Of a DNA stretch of 50,735 nucleotides, positions 1 through 8,070 are shown one piece after another. The position numbers were made by a program, and so were the translations under genes. The stretch is from positions 1-50,735 of the forward strand of contig CAYUTR010000003.1 in NCBI GenBank assembly GCA_964447465.1, in the 5' to 3' direction. Each line of letters starts with the position of its first letter. Within the stretch, counting starts at the first letter, position 1. This DNA comes from an uncultured Chryseobacterium sp. GTDB taxonomy: Bacteria > Bacteroidota > Bacteroidia > Palsa-965. Under the pieces are notes generated by a model. That model made no database searches. It saw nothing but the letters and a program-made list of their open reading frames with translations, and was not told where the DNA came from.

Positions 1-36
1 CATGGGGTCTCTGGTTCAAGTCCAGAAGGGGGAGCA
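1..36 (+). tRNA. 3' portion of tRNA-Asn(GTT), truncated by the window start; left attachment site
   Basis: T-arm TCTGG-TTCAAGT-CCAGA and acceptor strand AGGGGGAG. The duplicated copy at 33026-33071 starts ACTGTTAATCATG, an anticodon loop CT-GTT-AA. Confidence 0.8.
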
Positions 37-40
37 GCTT

Positions 41-74
41 AAAAGCCTTTTTCGGAAACGAAAAGGGCTTTTTT
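41..74. terminator. Intrinsic terminator after the tRNA, probably also serving the convergent integrase
   Basis: AAAAGCCTTTTTCG-GAAA-CGAAAAGGGCTTTT followed by a T tract. Confidence 0.75.
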
Positions 75-100
75 GTTTTTAGCAACTGATGAGCAATTTC

Positions 101-135
101 GGGTTGCGGAAAAAGGTGCGGTTTAGGGTGCGGAA
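101..135 (+). repeat. Three G(G/T)TGCGG repeats; putative integrase arm-type sites (left)
   Basis: GGGTTGCGGAAAAAGGTGCGGTTTAGGGTGCGGAA; a near-identical array lies at 32931-32963. Confidence 0.65.
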
Positions 136-159
136 TTTTTCAAACCCGCACTTTCATTC

Positions 160-1548
160 TCAACGTGAGAGACCCTTTTCTCGACCCTTTTTGTCCTCGA
201 TTTCGATTTCGTTTTGATCCTCGGATTGGTATACGGAGAAGTCCTTTGCCGCAGCCGCAAGAATCTTTTTACTCGTGTAATGGCGTTGCATTACTTCTGT
301 TCCAGAATGGCCAGAAATTGCCCTGGCGTTCGAGAGACCCACAGCTGCGGCAAGTCCACTGATGTATGTCTTCCGCAAGCATCCGAACTTTAATCGCTTG
401 GAATATCCGAGTTGCGCATAGTAATGCGCGAATGACTTTGACATGAGGTTACGCATTGAATCGCGATCCATTGTTTCACCTGGTGCAAGAATGAATTGAT
501 CCAACTGCATGTCATTTGATCGAAGTCGATCTAACAAACCACGAAGCTCGGAAGTGAGTGGAACAATGCGATATATCCAGTCATCTTCTTTTGAGAGAAG
601 ACCTTTTTGACGAATTACTTTGTAGTCCGGCACCATTATTCCGTCTTCGGTAATGTCTTTCCATTTCATCCGCAGAATTTCTTCACGGCGTCGGCCAGTA
701 TAAAGAGCTAGTTCCACCGCATCTTTCATCCACGGCTTGTAGTAATTCTTTTTTACGCCATTGGAAAGTGTGTGAATACCGCGCTCTTGATCTTGCAGAA
801 TTTCGGTCAGTGCCTTGAACTGATGTTCTTCCATCGTCATAACGTTTTCCTTGGTCGGTTTTCTGATAAGCGAAGTGAATGGATTGCGCGAAGTGAAACC
901 TTCGTTGACCAAGTAGTTGTAGAAGGAAGTCATGTTCGTGATGGCCCGATTGTATCCGGCATTTCCGAGTTCAAGTTCTTCGGTAAGGTATTCGTAGAAG
1001 CTACCAATGAGCGCGTCGTCGATGTCGTTGATGGACATAGTTGATACGTCGCGGTCATTTTCCTTCGCGGCAGTTGCGAGGCGAAGAAAGGTCCTTTCCA
1101 TTTCTTTCAAAGTTTCAGGACTTCTTTTTTTGCGTTTGAACGCCGGGGCGATTTCCGGATCACCATGTAGGTAGCCGATATAGCGAGCCATCAACTCTGC
1201 GAGGTTATCGCTCGCGACTGTCGGTTGTTGTTTTTCTTTTGTTGCTGTTGATCGCGGCACAACGGGAACAGAATTCGCTTCGTCTTTTATTTCACGCTGA
1301 AATTCTAATGCAAGACGTCGCGCTTCATTCAGATCCCTTACGCCGGTCAGCGTCTTCGTCCTGCGCTCGTTGGAAGTTCCAGGCACATGCGCAAAAATTT
1401 TGAAGACGTGATCTGATCCCGATTTGCAGAACTGGATGTCTTTCCCAGAACCCTTACACACGCCATCCACAGTCGTTCCACACGCGTAGCAATGTACCTT
1501 GAGCCCTTTGACCTTCTTCGTGGCGGGGATGTACAGTGGCTTGGTCAT
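160..1548 (-). CDS. Tyrosine recombinase / integrase with a Cys/His-rich N-terminus
   Basis: LALYTGRRREEI (catalytic R), CLRKTY, ISGHSGTEVMQRHY (H and Y); adjacent to the att site. Confidence 0.92.
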   Translation of the reverse strand: MTKPLYIPATKKVKGLKVHCYACGTTVDGVCKGSGKDIQFCKSGSDHVFKIFAHVPGTSNERRTKTLTGVRDLNEARRLALEFQREIKDEANSVPVVPRSTATKEKQQPTVASDNLAELMARYIGYLHGDPEIAPAFKRKKRSPETLKEMERTFLRLATAAKENDRDVSTMSINDIDDALIGSFYEYLTEELELGNAGYNRAITNMTSFYNYLVNEGFTSRNPFTSLIRKPTKENVMTMEEHQFKALTEILQDQERGIHTLSNGVKKNYYKPWMKDAVELALYTGRRREEILRMKWKDITEDGIMVPDYKVIRQKGLLSKEDDWIYRIVPLTSELRGLLDRLRSNDMQLDQFILAPGETMDRDSMRNLMSKSFAHYYAQLGYSKRLKFGCLRKTYISGLAAAVGLSNARAISGHSGTEVMQRHYTSKKILAAAAKDFSVYQSEDQNEIEIEDKKGREKGLSR

Positions 1549-1922
1549 GTTTGTGCTCCGGAGATTGTTTGCATGAGCTCAGAAAAGAAACGCGATGCGT
1601 TTTTTCCTGGCGGTACTTTTGGAATTGCAACTTTCTTTTTTGTATCTTGAAGCATAGTTTCAATACCGCTGATATCTCCAAATTGATAAGCTGTTAATGC
1701 TAGTTTCCAATCAACGCCGTACCGCTTTTTGAGATACGGTATCAATGAGTGAAGCCGAGCGGCTTCAAATTCAGTTTTCAGTACATAGGGGGTTTTTGCT
1801 CCTACATCAGAGAAGATCGCGACTGTGTGGTTAATACACCACCTGCGCGCGCTGCGCTTATCCTTAAAACTCAGAAGGCGCGCGCATTCGCGTAAAGTCA
1901 ATCTGGCTATGTCTGTCGGCAT
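1545..1922 (-). CDS. Helix-turn-helix protein, excisionase-like
   Basis: Probable start MPTDIARLTLRECARLLSFKDKRSARRWC; 4-nt overlap with the integrase start. Confidence 0.55.
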   Translation of the reverse strand: MPTDIARLTLRECARLLSFKDKRSARRWCINHTVAIFSDVGAKTPYVLKTEFEAARLHSLIPYLKKRYGVDWKLALTAYQFGDISGIETMLQDTKKKVAIPKVPPGKNASRFFSELMQTISGAQT

Positions 1923-2054
1923 GGGTGTTCCTGTGTTGCAGATACAGTTGGTGCATTGGTTCACGGACACGAAAATTATTTTTTCGTGAAAGTGTCCGAA
2001 TGCGTGTCTTTTCAGATGTATATCAATAGCAAACACACTAAAACCAAACTCCCT

Positions 2055-2765
2055 ATGAGAACGACCCTTACACACGCCGAATTGGTTAATGCAATTGCTG
2101 ATGCACACGACGCAGGTCTTACAGTGGAAGCTGAACGTTTGTTCATGGAGCTGTATGAGAGGATTCGCGATCACTTTTACAGAGCGTATTGCAGCGTGCT
2201 TCGCGAAACGTTCAAGTCATCGGAGACTTCGCCGAGAGCGGAAAGGGTGTTTCAGGTCATACTCAACGAGATCGAACGAGAAATCCGCCGACGAAAGTTT
2301 AGTGTTGCAGCGGATGTAGCCGATGAAGTGGTGCGTAAACGGCTTGCGGTTCGCGTACTTCTGAAAGCTGTATGGCGAACGAAGGATGCGATCGAGAAAC
2401 AGAAGTTTATGTCTAGCTCTGACCTCGCCCCTGGACAATTGGAACAGTACGCTGATGTGCCGGATCACGACTCGGAGGAGAACGAGCACTTGCGCGTTGG
2501 GATAGCGTATGTGTTTGCTAACCTCGCTGACAAGGACCGCGAAATGATACAGGTGTATCACTACAGCGGACTAGCGCCTGAAGCCGCGGAAGAAATTCTG
2601 CGGGAGAAACACGCGCTCGGCGAATCCGCATTTAAGAAGGCGCTGTATCGTGCGAAGGAACGATTTAAGGAACTCTGGAAAGAGTACCTCTCAATGGAAT
2701 ATCGACTAACCACAAATAACCACTCTCAAAACCGCGAATACAATGAAAAACAACTCAACACCTAG
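2055..2765 (+). CDS. Sigma-70/ECF-like DNA-binding protein
   Basis: C-terminal region-4-like LADKDREMIQVYHYSGL...ESAFKKALYRAKERFKELW; start assigned to MRTTL. Confidence 0.55.
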   Translation: MRTTLTHAELVNAIADAHDAGLTVEAERLFMELYERIRDHFYRAYCSVLRETFKSSETSPRAERVFQVILNEIEREIRRRKFSVAADVADEVVRKRLAVRVLLKAVWRTKDAIEKQKFMSSSDLAPGQLEQYADVPDHDSEENEHLRVGIAYVFANLADKDREMIQVYHYSGLAPEAAEEILREKHALGESAFKKALYRAKERFKELWKEYLSMEYRLTTNNHSQNREYNEKQLNT

Positions 2766-2922
2766 CCCACGTGGTCAGGAATTGCTTTCTCAACTTTCCG
2801 TTGATGTACTACTTGCTTTTGGATTGATTGAATTGCTTGCCGATGAAACCTTTGCTAAACAATATGCCGAAGTTCATAACATCGAATGCGTTTCACCGGA
2901 GTATCAACGACTGACTAATTAA
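2743..2922 (+). CDS. 59-aa hypothetical protein (MKNNSTPSPRGQELL...YQRLTN)
   Basis: Hand-translated ORF below the track cut-off; A-rich start context; overlaps the end of the sigma-like gene. Confidence 0.4.
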   Translation: MKNNSTPSPRGQELLSQLSVDVLLAFGLIELLADETFAKQYAEVHNIECVSPEYQRLTN

Positions 2923-2969
2923 GGGAGCAATGATCACGTAACGCCACTTACCACAATGGTAGGTGGCGT

Positions 2970-3935
2970 TTACCTTTTCTTGAAGAGTTCTGTGACGATC
3001 CATTCAATTACTGGCACTGTGACTGCGTTACCTAAACACTTGTATCGTTGTGTGTCGCTAATGCCGATGGTCCAGTAATCAGAAAATCCTTGCAAGCGTT
3101 CGCACTCAAGCGGCGTGAGTTTTCTAATCTGCTTGTACAGGTTTCCGCAACGTTTCCCGACGAGCTTCACGTTTCTGAAATCACCAGCGCACAGCGCAGG
3201 TGAAATCGGCTTCCATCCGAATTCACGGTTGGATGAATTCGTGATCGCGATCACTGGCACAGAATTCGTCGATGCAACGAGCGCAGGACTGAATCCGGTT
3301 ACTCCGTGGATCTTTTTGTTGATGTACCCACCGTTATACAGGCAGTGAATGCCCGACCCGTTTTTCGTTTTATGCGGCGCGTCAGTCGGCGTATCTGTGA
3401 AGCCTTGAGGAAATATTTTGGGTTGGGTGATGCTTCGATGATGTCCGATAATGAGGACGCGTTCGCGGTGCTGTGCGACTCCGTGATTCTTGCTGTTAAG
3501 CACAAGCCATTGGACGCGATACCCCAATGCAGCAAGCGCGGCGACGATGACTTTGAAAGTGCGGCCGTCGTCGTGATTGAGCAGTCCCTTAACATTTTCG
3601 AGAATGAAGCGGGAAGGTTTTTTCGCGCGCAGTATTCTTTCAATGTGATAGAACATCTGTCCGCGGGGATCAGCGAAGCCTCTTCGTTTTCCAGCGATGC
3701 TAAAACTCTGACAAGGAAATCCGCCGACGAGCAGATCGAAGTCGGGCAATTCCTTTTCGTTGATCTTGGTAATGTCTCCGAAGTTTTTGTGCTTCGCGAA
3801 ATGCGTTGTGTAGATTTTGATTGCATAGGGGTCTATTTCGGAGTACCCCACGCAATGAGTTTTCTTTCCCGCTAATGCCTTATGAATTCCTGCTTCAAAC
3901 CCTCCGATACCACTGAACAATGAAAAATATTTCAT
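2970..3935 (-). CDS. dcm: DNA (cytosine-5)-methyltransferase, orphan
   Basis: FSGIGG, GFPCQSFS, ENV, QHRER and GNAV motifs; no adjacent restriction enzyme seen. Confidence 0.95.
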   Translation of the reverse strand: MKYFSLFSGIGGFEAGIHKALAGKKTHCVGYSEIDPYAIKIYTTHFAKHKNFGDITKINEKELPDFDLLVGGFPCQSFSIAGKRRGFADPRGQMFYHIERILRAKKPSRFILENVKGLLNHDDGRTFKVIVAALAALGYRVQWLVLNSKNHGVAQHRERVLIIGHHRSITQPKIFPQGFTDTPTDAPHKTKNGSGIHCLYNGGYINKKIHGVTGFSPALVASTNSVPVIAITNSSNREFGWKPISPALCAGDFRNVKLVGKRCGNLYKQIRKLTPLECERLQGFSDYWTIGISDTQRYKCLGNAVTVPVIEWIVTELFKKR

Positions 3936-3977
3936 GGTGAGGTAGTCCCGAAATGGGAAGTGAATTAGTAACGCGAC

Positions 3978-4145
3978 CTAGGAATTGATAATGACGGCGT
4001 AGTGCCGCGCGTATTCTATGATTGCGTCGATGATAGTGTTTCGACACTTCGTACATGCCGGACAACAGTTTTGCGCCCGATGCATACTGTAGAGAAATTT
4101 TCTCTTGAGTGTGATTAGACGCTGTATACTCTTTCGATCATGCAT
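3978..4145 (-). CDS. 55-aa Cys-rich hypothetical protein (CCPACTKC)
   Basis: Hand-translated ORF MHDRKSIQ...VIINS directly upstream of the methylase. Confidence 0.3.
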   Translation of the reverse strand: MHDRKSIQRLITLKRKFLYSMHRAQNCCPACTKCRNTIIDAIIEYARHYAVIINS

Positions 4146-4310
4146 AAATGATTACTCGTTGATGCGAGGATTTAATTTTGATAATCGACCAGCTGCTTTA
4201 CGTGCAGCGGACTATGGAACTGGAATTCGCATTGGTTGTTTCCTTCTGTTGCCAGAATGTCCCGCAGGGGATCAATGCCAATTCGCAAGAGCATCCATAG
4301 ACCGCTGAAA

Positions 4311-4348
4311 ACAAAAACAAGCCAGCTATTTAAGCTGACTTGCTTTTC
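4311..4348 (-). terminator. Terminator downstream of tRNA-Thr
   Basis: CAAGCCAGCT-ATTT-AAGCTGACTTG hairpin with an A tract on its left (U tract on the minus strand). Confidence 0.55.
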
Positions 4349-4353
4349 CGTTG

Positions 4354-4427
4354 AGCCACTTTTCGGATTCGAACCGAAGACCTGCCGTTTACAAAACGGC
4401 TGCTCTAACCAACTGAGCTAAAGTGGC
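4354..4427 (-). tRNA. tRNA-Thr(TGT)
   Basis: Reverse complement GCCACTTTAGCTCAGTTGGTTAGAGCAGCCGTTTTGTAAACGGCAGGTCTTCGGTTCGAATCCGAAAAGTGGCT folds as a full cloverleaf; CCA is not encoded. Confidence 0.95.
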
Positions 4428-4511
4428 ACTTTCCTCTGTGTGAACCGCGTATTTACAAGACGTAGTTCTCACCGAGAGCGGAAAGCAAGACATGCTTAAA
4501 TAACAGGTCTC

Positions 4512-4540
4512 AGTATATAGCCCAGTTGGTTTCGTTTCAA
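4512..4540 (-). promoter_or_regulatory. Canonical sigma70 promoter for tRNA-Thr
   Basis: TTGAAA-N17-TATACT on the minus strand. Confidence 0.65.
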
Positions 4541-4564
4541 GTTTGAGTTGTGGATAACTCTGAT

Positions 4565-5497
4565 TTAGATTGTCGAGTATATCTGCTGATGCAATGGCTT
4601 GAGCTCTGATTGAATAACCTGGAAATAATAGTTGAGCGTCATGTACAAACTCTTGTGGTGTGCGAGTTGTTGTACTGTTTTTGGATCAATTCCTTTTTTG
4701 AGAGGAATCGTAATGAACGTCGAGCGGCATGTCTTGTGTGTGAATGTTGATAGTAGTTTGGCGTCGATCTGTGATCGCTTCTTGAGTCTCTTGAGTGTTG
4801 TGCCAGCGGAGTTTTTGCGAAGCCTTGTACCATCCATTGATACAAATAGTGCCGGACAATCATCGGTACGCATCGTGAGGTATTCCTGAATTGAATTTTC
4901 TGCACCGTGTACAAAAACGGTTTTCCATTCGTCGTCGGCTTTTGCATCTTTAACTCTGAGTTCAAGAGTGTTCCAATTGATGTTTTCTATATCAACGCTG
5001 AGCGCTTCGCTCAAGCGAAGACCTGAATGAATCATCAGTTCAAAAAGTGCGGCGGTCCGCTTTATACTTAGTTGATGACCCCGTATCAATCTTCCGCGAC
5101 AATGTTTGCTGAAGTTCGGGGAATGATCTTGCGCGAGAACCGTGCGAATCTCTTTGATGTCTTCAGGCGACCATGCCATTACATCTCTTGAGCGGCGATA
5201 GGATGGGATGTCGATTTCATTTGCTTCTACGCCCGATCCTATTCTGCACTTTTTAACGTACTGCAATACCTTCCTGAATGTGAGCACGGCACTACGCGCA
5301 GTGCTTTTACCTCCAAGATTTGCCCTGTCTATGATTTCATTTCGGTGAATGGGCAGTAGCTCCGCTAGATTTTTATCACCGATCGCTGGTGAGATGATCT
5401 TAGTAAACATTGCAACGTGTTTTGAAATAGTACTCTCGGCTAGGTCGTTGCAACGACAATCTCTGATAAATCCCTCAAGTAAATCCTTGATTTGCAT
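4565..5497 (-). CDS. Second tyrosine recombinase (XerD-like)
   Basis: HSGLRLSEA, THKTCRST, LAHHKSLYMTLNYY; start assigned to MQIKDLL. Confidence 0.88.
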   Translation of the reverse strand: MQIKDLLEGFIRDCRCNDLAESTISKHVAMFTKIISPAIGDKNLAELLPIHRNEIIDRANLGGKSTARSAVLTFRKVLQYVKKCRIGSGVEANEIDIPSYRRSRDVMAWSPEDIKEIRTVLAQDHSPNFSKHCRGRLIRGHQLSIKRTAALFELMIHSGLRLSEALSVDIENINWNTLELRVKDAKADDEWKTVFVHGAENSIQEYLTMRTDDCPALFVSMDGTRLRKNSAGTTLKRLKKRSQIDAKLLSTFTHKTCRSTFITIPLKKGIDPKTVQQLAHHKSLYMTLNYYFQVIQSELKPLHQQIYSTI

Positions 5498-5800
5498 AAT
5501 ACAAAAAGCCCGGAAACAACCCCGGACTTTCTGCTGCACCCAGCTTGCGCCGGGCAACAAAAAAATAGCACACTTCAAAGAAAAAATAAAGAGTAGGTAA
5601 AGAAACCCTCAAGAAGAGAGCTAGAGCTTATCGGTATGTATTAGTCCCGTGTTGTTTCACTCCCTTTCGAGGAGCTGCTTCTTACGAAGCAACGGTCTTA
5701 ATTAACATAATAAAGTTCAACCGGCGTGAAGATTACTCTTTCTCGCATTTCGTGTCAAGGAAAGTTGTGACCTCGAGATGATTTATGCTATAACCTATTC

Positions 5801-6505
5801 ATGTCTGAGCATGAACAAATAGCGCAGAAAGCAATTGACTATGCACGTGCAAACAAAAAGAAGATTGCCCGTGATTTGACCGACACAGATAAGTTTCCCA
5901 GCGAAGAAAATCCAGTTTCGGTTTTCATGGCTGGGTCACCGGGCGCAGGGAAAACCGAGTCGTCCAAGAATCTTATCAAGAGATTTTCCGATCAAAACAA
6001 TTCCGTGTTGCGTATTGACCCTGATGAATTGCGAAATTATTTTGAGGATTATACTGGCACCAATTCATTTGTTTTTCAGTCGGCGGTTTCAATTCTCGTG
6101 TCTTCAATTCATGATCACGCACTTTCAAATCGCCAGAGTTTCTTAATTGATGGGACGCTATCAAGCTTGAAACAGGCCAAAGAAAATATACAGCGCTCGC
6201 TTGATAAAAAAAGATTTGTCCAAATACTTTATGTGTATCAAGACCCCATTCAGGCCTGGGACTTCACGCAAAAACGAGAAGCCTTAGAGGGTCGCAACAT
6301 TCCCAAAGAAGTTTTTATAGAACAGTACTTTGCAGCCCGAGAAACAGTCAACGCATTGAAGAAACAATTCGGACCAACAATTCGGGTTGATTTGTTGGTC
6401 AAAAACATTGACGGTTCAGATCAATACTATAAGGAGAATATTGACATTATTGACAGTTATGTTGAAGAGATATATAATCGAGAGACCCTAAAAAAAGTGA
6501 TATAA
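5801..6505 (+). CDS. Zeta toxin family P-loop protein
   Basis: FMAGSPGAGKT, RIDPDELR, LIDGTLS, REALEGRNIP motifs. Confidence 0.85.
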   Translation: MSEHEQIAQKAIDYARANKKKIARDLTDTDKFPSEENPVSVFMAGSPGAGKTESSKNLIKRFSDQNNSVLRIDPDELRNYFEDYTGTNSFVFQSAVSILVSSIHDHALSNRQSFLIDGTLSSLKQAKENIQRSLDKKRFVQILYVYQDPIQAWDFTQKREALEGRNIPKEVFIEQYFAARETVNALKKQFGPTIRVDLLVKNIDGSDQYYKENIDIIDSYVEEIYNRETLKKVI

Positions 6506-6510
6506 TCAAT

Positions 6511-6666
6511 ATGTATATGTTTTCACTTCTACGAAAACCGGAGAAAGAAACGGAATTCTCAAAGTTTATTCGAAATGCCTCTTCTGGTGAGAAGAAGAAG
6601 GTATTTATTGATGTGCTTACCCAAGCCACGGAGGATCAACGCAAGATTTTGAATAAGGGGTGCTAA
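6511..6666 (+). CDS. 51-aa helical protein, possible partner of the zeta toxin-like gene
   Basis: Hand-translated MYMFSLLRKPEKETEFSKFIRNASSGEKKKVFIDVLTQATEDQRKILNKGC; TGATATAAT just upstream. Confidence 0.6.
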   Translation: MYMFSLLRKPEKETEFSKFIRNASSGEKKKVFIDVLTQATEDQRKILNKGC

Positions 6667-6700
6667 ATAAAACCGCATGCGCGGTTTTATTTTTTCTACG

Positions 6701-7183
6701 TCAGCACGAATAGAGTTTCACTTTTTCGAGCATCCCTCTCAAAGTCCACCGCGGCATGAGATAGCCATCTTTCAATTCTGTAACGCGAAGCACTCGTTCA
6801 TTTTCGATAACGTATTTGAATCCCCACATGTAAGTGGGGTGGTAATACAGAAAGAGCCATATCTCATTGTCTTTCATTGAATGCGTGAGATACATATCGA
6901 TCGATTTATAGGTGCGCTCTTGATACACAATCGCAAAGCGATCCTGCTGCGCGAGTTTCCAGAGAAAAGCGTAGTAGCCGTGCTGCTCTGGAATCGCGAT
7001 GACGCCAGGACCGATCCCGACCGCCCGATTGAATTCACGTATTGCCAAATCAACGTAACGCGTGAGTCGTCGCTCGTCCATTGGGATTGAGCTCGTAATC
7101 ATGCGACGCTGTATCGAATGTGATCCTTTGAGACAAACGTGAGCACATCGCTTCGTTTTCCTTCTGACGGCAAGAGAAAGCAC
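6701..7183 (-). CDS. Hypothetical protein; true start probably near 7102-7081
   Basis: ORF only. Confidence 0.45.
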   Translation of the reverse strand: MLSLAVRRKTKRCAHVCLKGSHSIQRRMITSSIPMDERRLTRYVDLAIREFNRAVGIGPGVIAIPEQHGYYAFLWKLAQQDRFAIVYQERTYKSIDMYLTHSMKDNEIWLFLYYHPTYMWGFKYVIENERVLRVTELKDGYLMPRWTLRGMLEKVKLYSC

Positions 7184-7449
7184 TCGCCGATGATTTTCTC
7201 TTTGAAAATTTCCTGCGCGGTTTTGTTCTGCTTTACTGACGTTCCGTTCTTCAGTTTAGGAGGAAAGGTTTTATACTCTCCTTCGACGACTTCACCGTAC
7301 CAATCATATTCGCCGCAGTAGAGCGTTCCCCATTCAGTATTTACTTTCTTCCATTCAGGAGCAATCCTTTCCATGAAAAGTTTCGCCATTGGCTCCGTCA
7401 TGCTTATTACGCCTCCGTTTAGATTGAAATAGTAGTATGACATCTTCAC
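7099..7449 (-). CDS. Hypothetical protein
   Basis: ORF only. Confidence 0.5.
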   Translation of the reverse strand: MKMSYYYFNLNGGVISMTEPMAKLFMERIAPEWKKVNTEWGTLYCGEYDWYGEVVEGEYKTFPPKLKNGTSVKQNKTAQEIFKEKIIGECFLLPSEGKRSDVLTFVSKDHIRYSVA

Positions 7450-7547
7450 AGATTTTAATGTCCGTGAAGGTTACATCCACAATTCAGGAAGTCTGACTAA
7501 GAAATTTAGCTAAGTGTTAAAGTAACGTGAACTAGATGGCTGATGCA

Positions 7548-8066
7548 TCAGAACGCAACTCGCGCAGCATCAAGTGCATCTTGAACGATGCCTAATTCTC
7601 CAGGATATTTTTCGCAGAAATCATCTGGGTTTCCATTTGGAGGGCAGTAAATGCCATTCATCCAACCTTCATACTTGCCATGACCACACCAAACAAAGCC
7701 ATTGCTTACTCTACGGTCTTCATAGATTTTTCCGACTGGATAGTCTGGTATACCATTCGACTCTGCATAGTGGAGTACTTTCCATCTCTCATCCGGCTCA
7801 CCGACAAAACAATAAACTGTTGGCTGTCTGGACACATCGGATAATTCCTTTAAATGTTCGAGCGTTTGTGTTGTCGGCACTTCAGCACAGATCTCAACGA
7901 AGCATTTCCACCCAGGTATGAAAAATGTTGGTGTGTGTAGTGTGTCATTCTTCAGTACAACTGTTCTGGATTTGTACTCCCACGCCGTATCGAGTTCATC
8001 AAAGAACACTGCCCATTGCGCTTCGAGCTTCGTTGCAAAAGTGACCGTCTTATATACTACGTCCAT
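7548..8066 (-). CDS. Phage-type PD-(D/E)XK-like protein, possibly degenerate
   Basis: FATKLEAQWAVFFDEL...WEY...TPTFFIP...FVEIC resembles the FRSRLEARWA...YLPDF...EIK family but lacks the PD aspartate and the ExK lysine. Confidence 0.5.
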   Translation of the reverse strand: MDVVYKTVTFATKLEAQWAVFFDELDTAWEYKSRTVVLKNDTLHTPTFFIPGWKCFVEICAEVPTTQTLEHLKELSDVSRQPTVYCFVGEPDERWKVLHYAESNGIPDYPVGKIYEDRRVSNGFVWCGHGKYEGWMNGIYCPPNGNPDDFCEKYPGELGIVQDALDAARVAF

Positions 8067-8070
8067 AGAA

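Noticed and set aside
3299-3875. Long alternative-frame and antisense ORFs over the methylase, and similar ones over other genes
   Set aside because: They fully overlap well-supported genes and have no motifs; treated as shadow ORFs.
5700-5727. dif-like site (AATTAACATAA resembles a XerD arm)
   Set aside because: The other arm does not resemble a XerC site; a single-arm match in AT-rich DNA is weak evidence.
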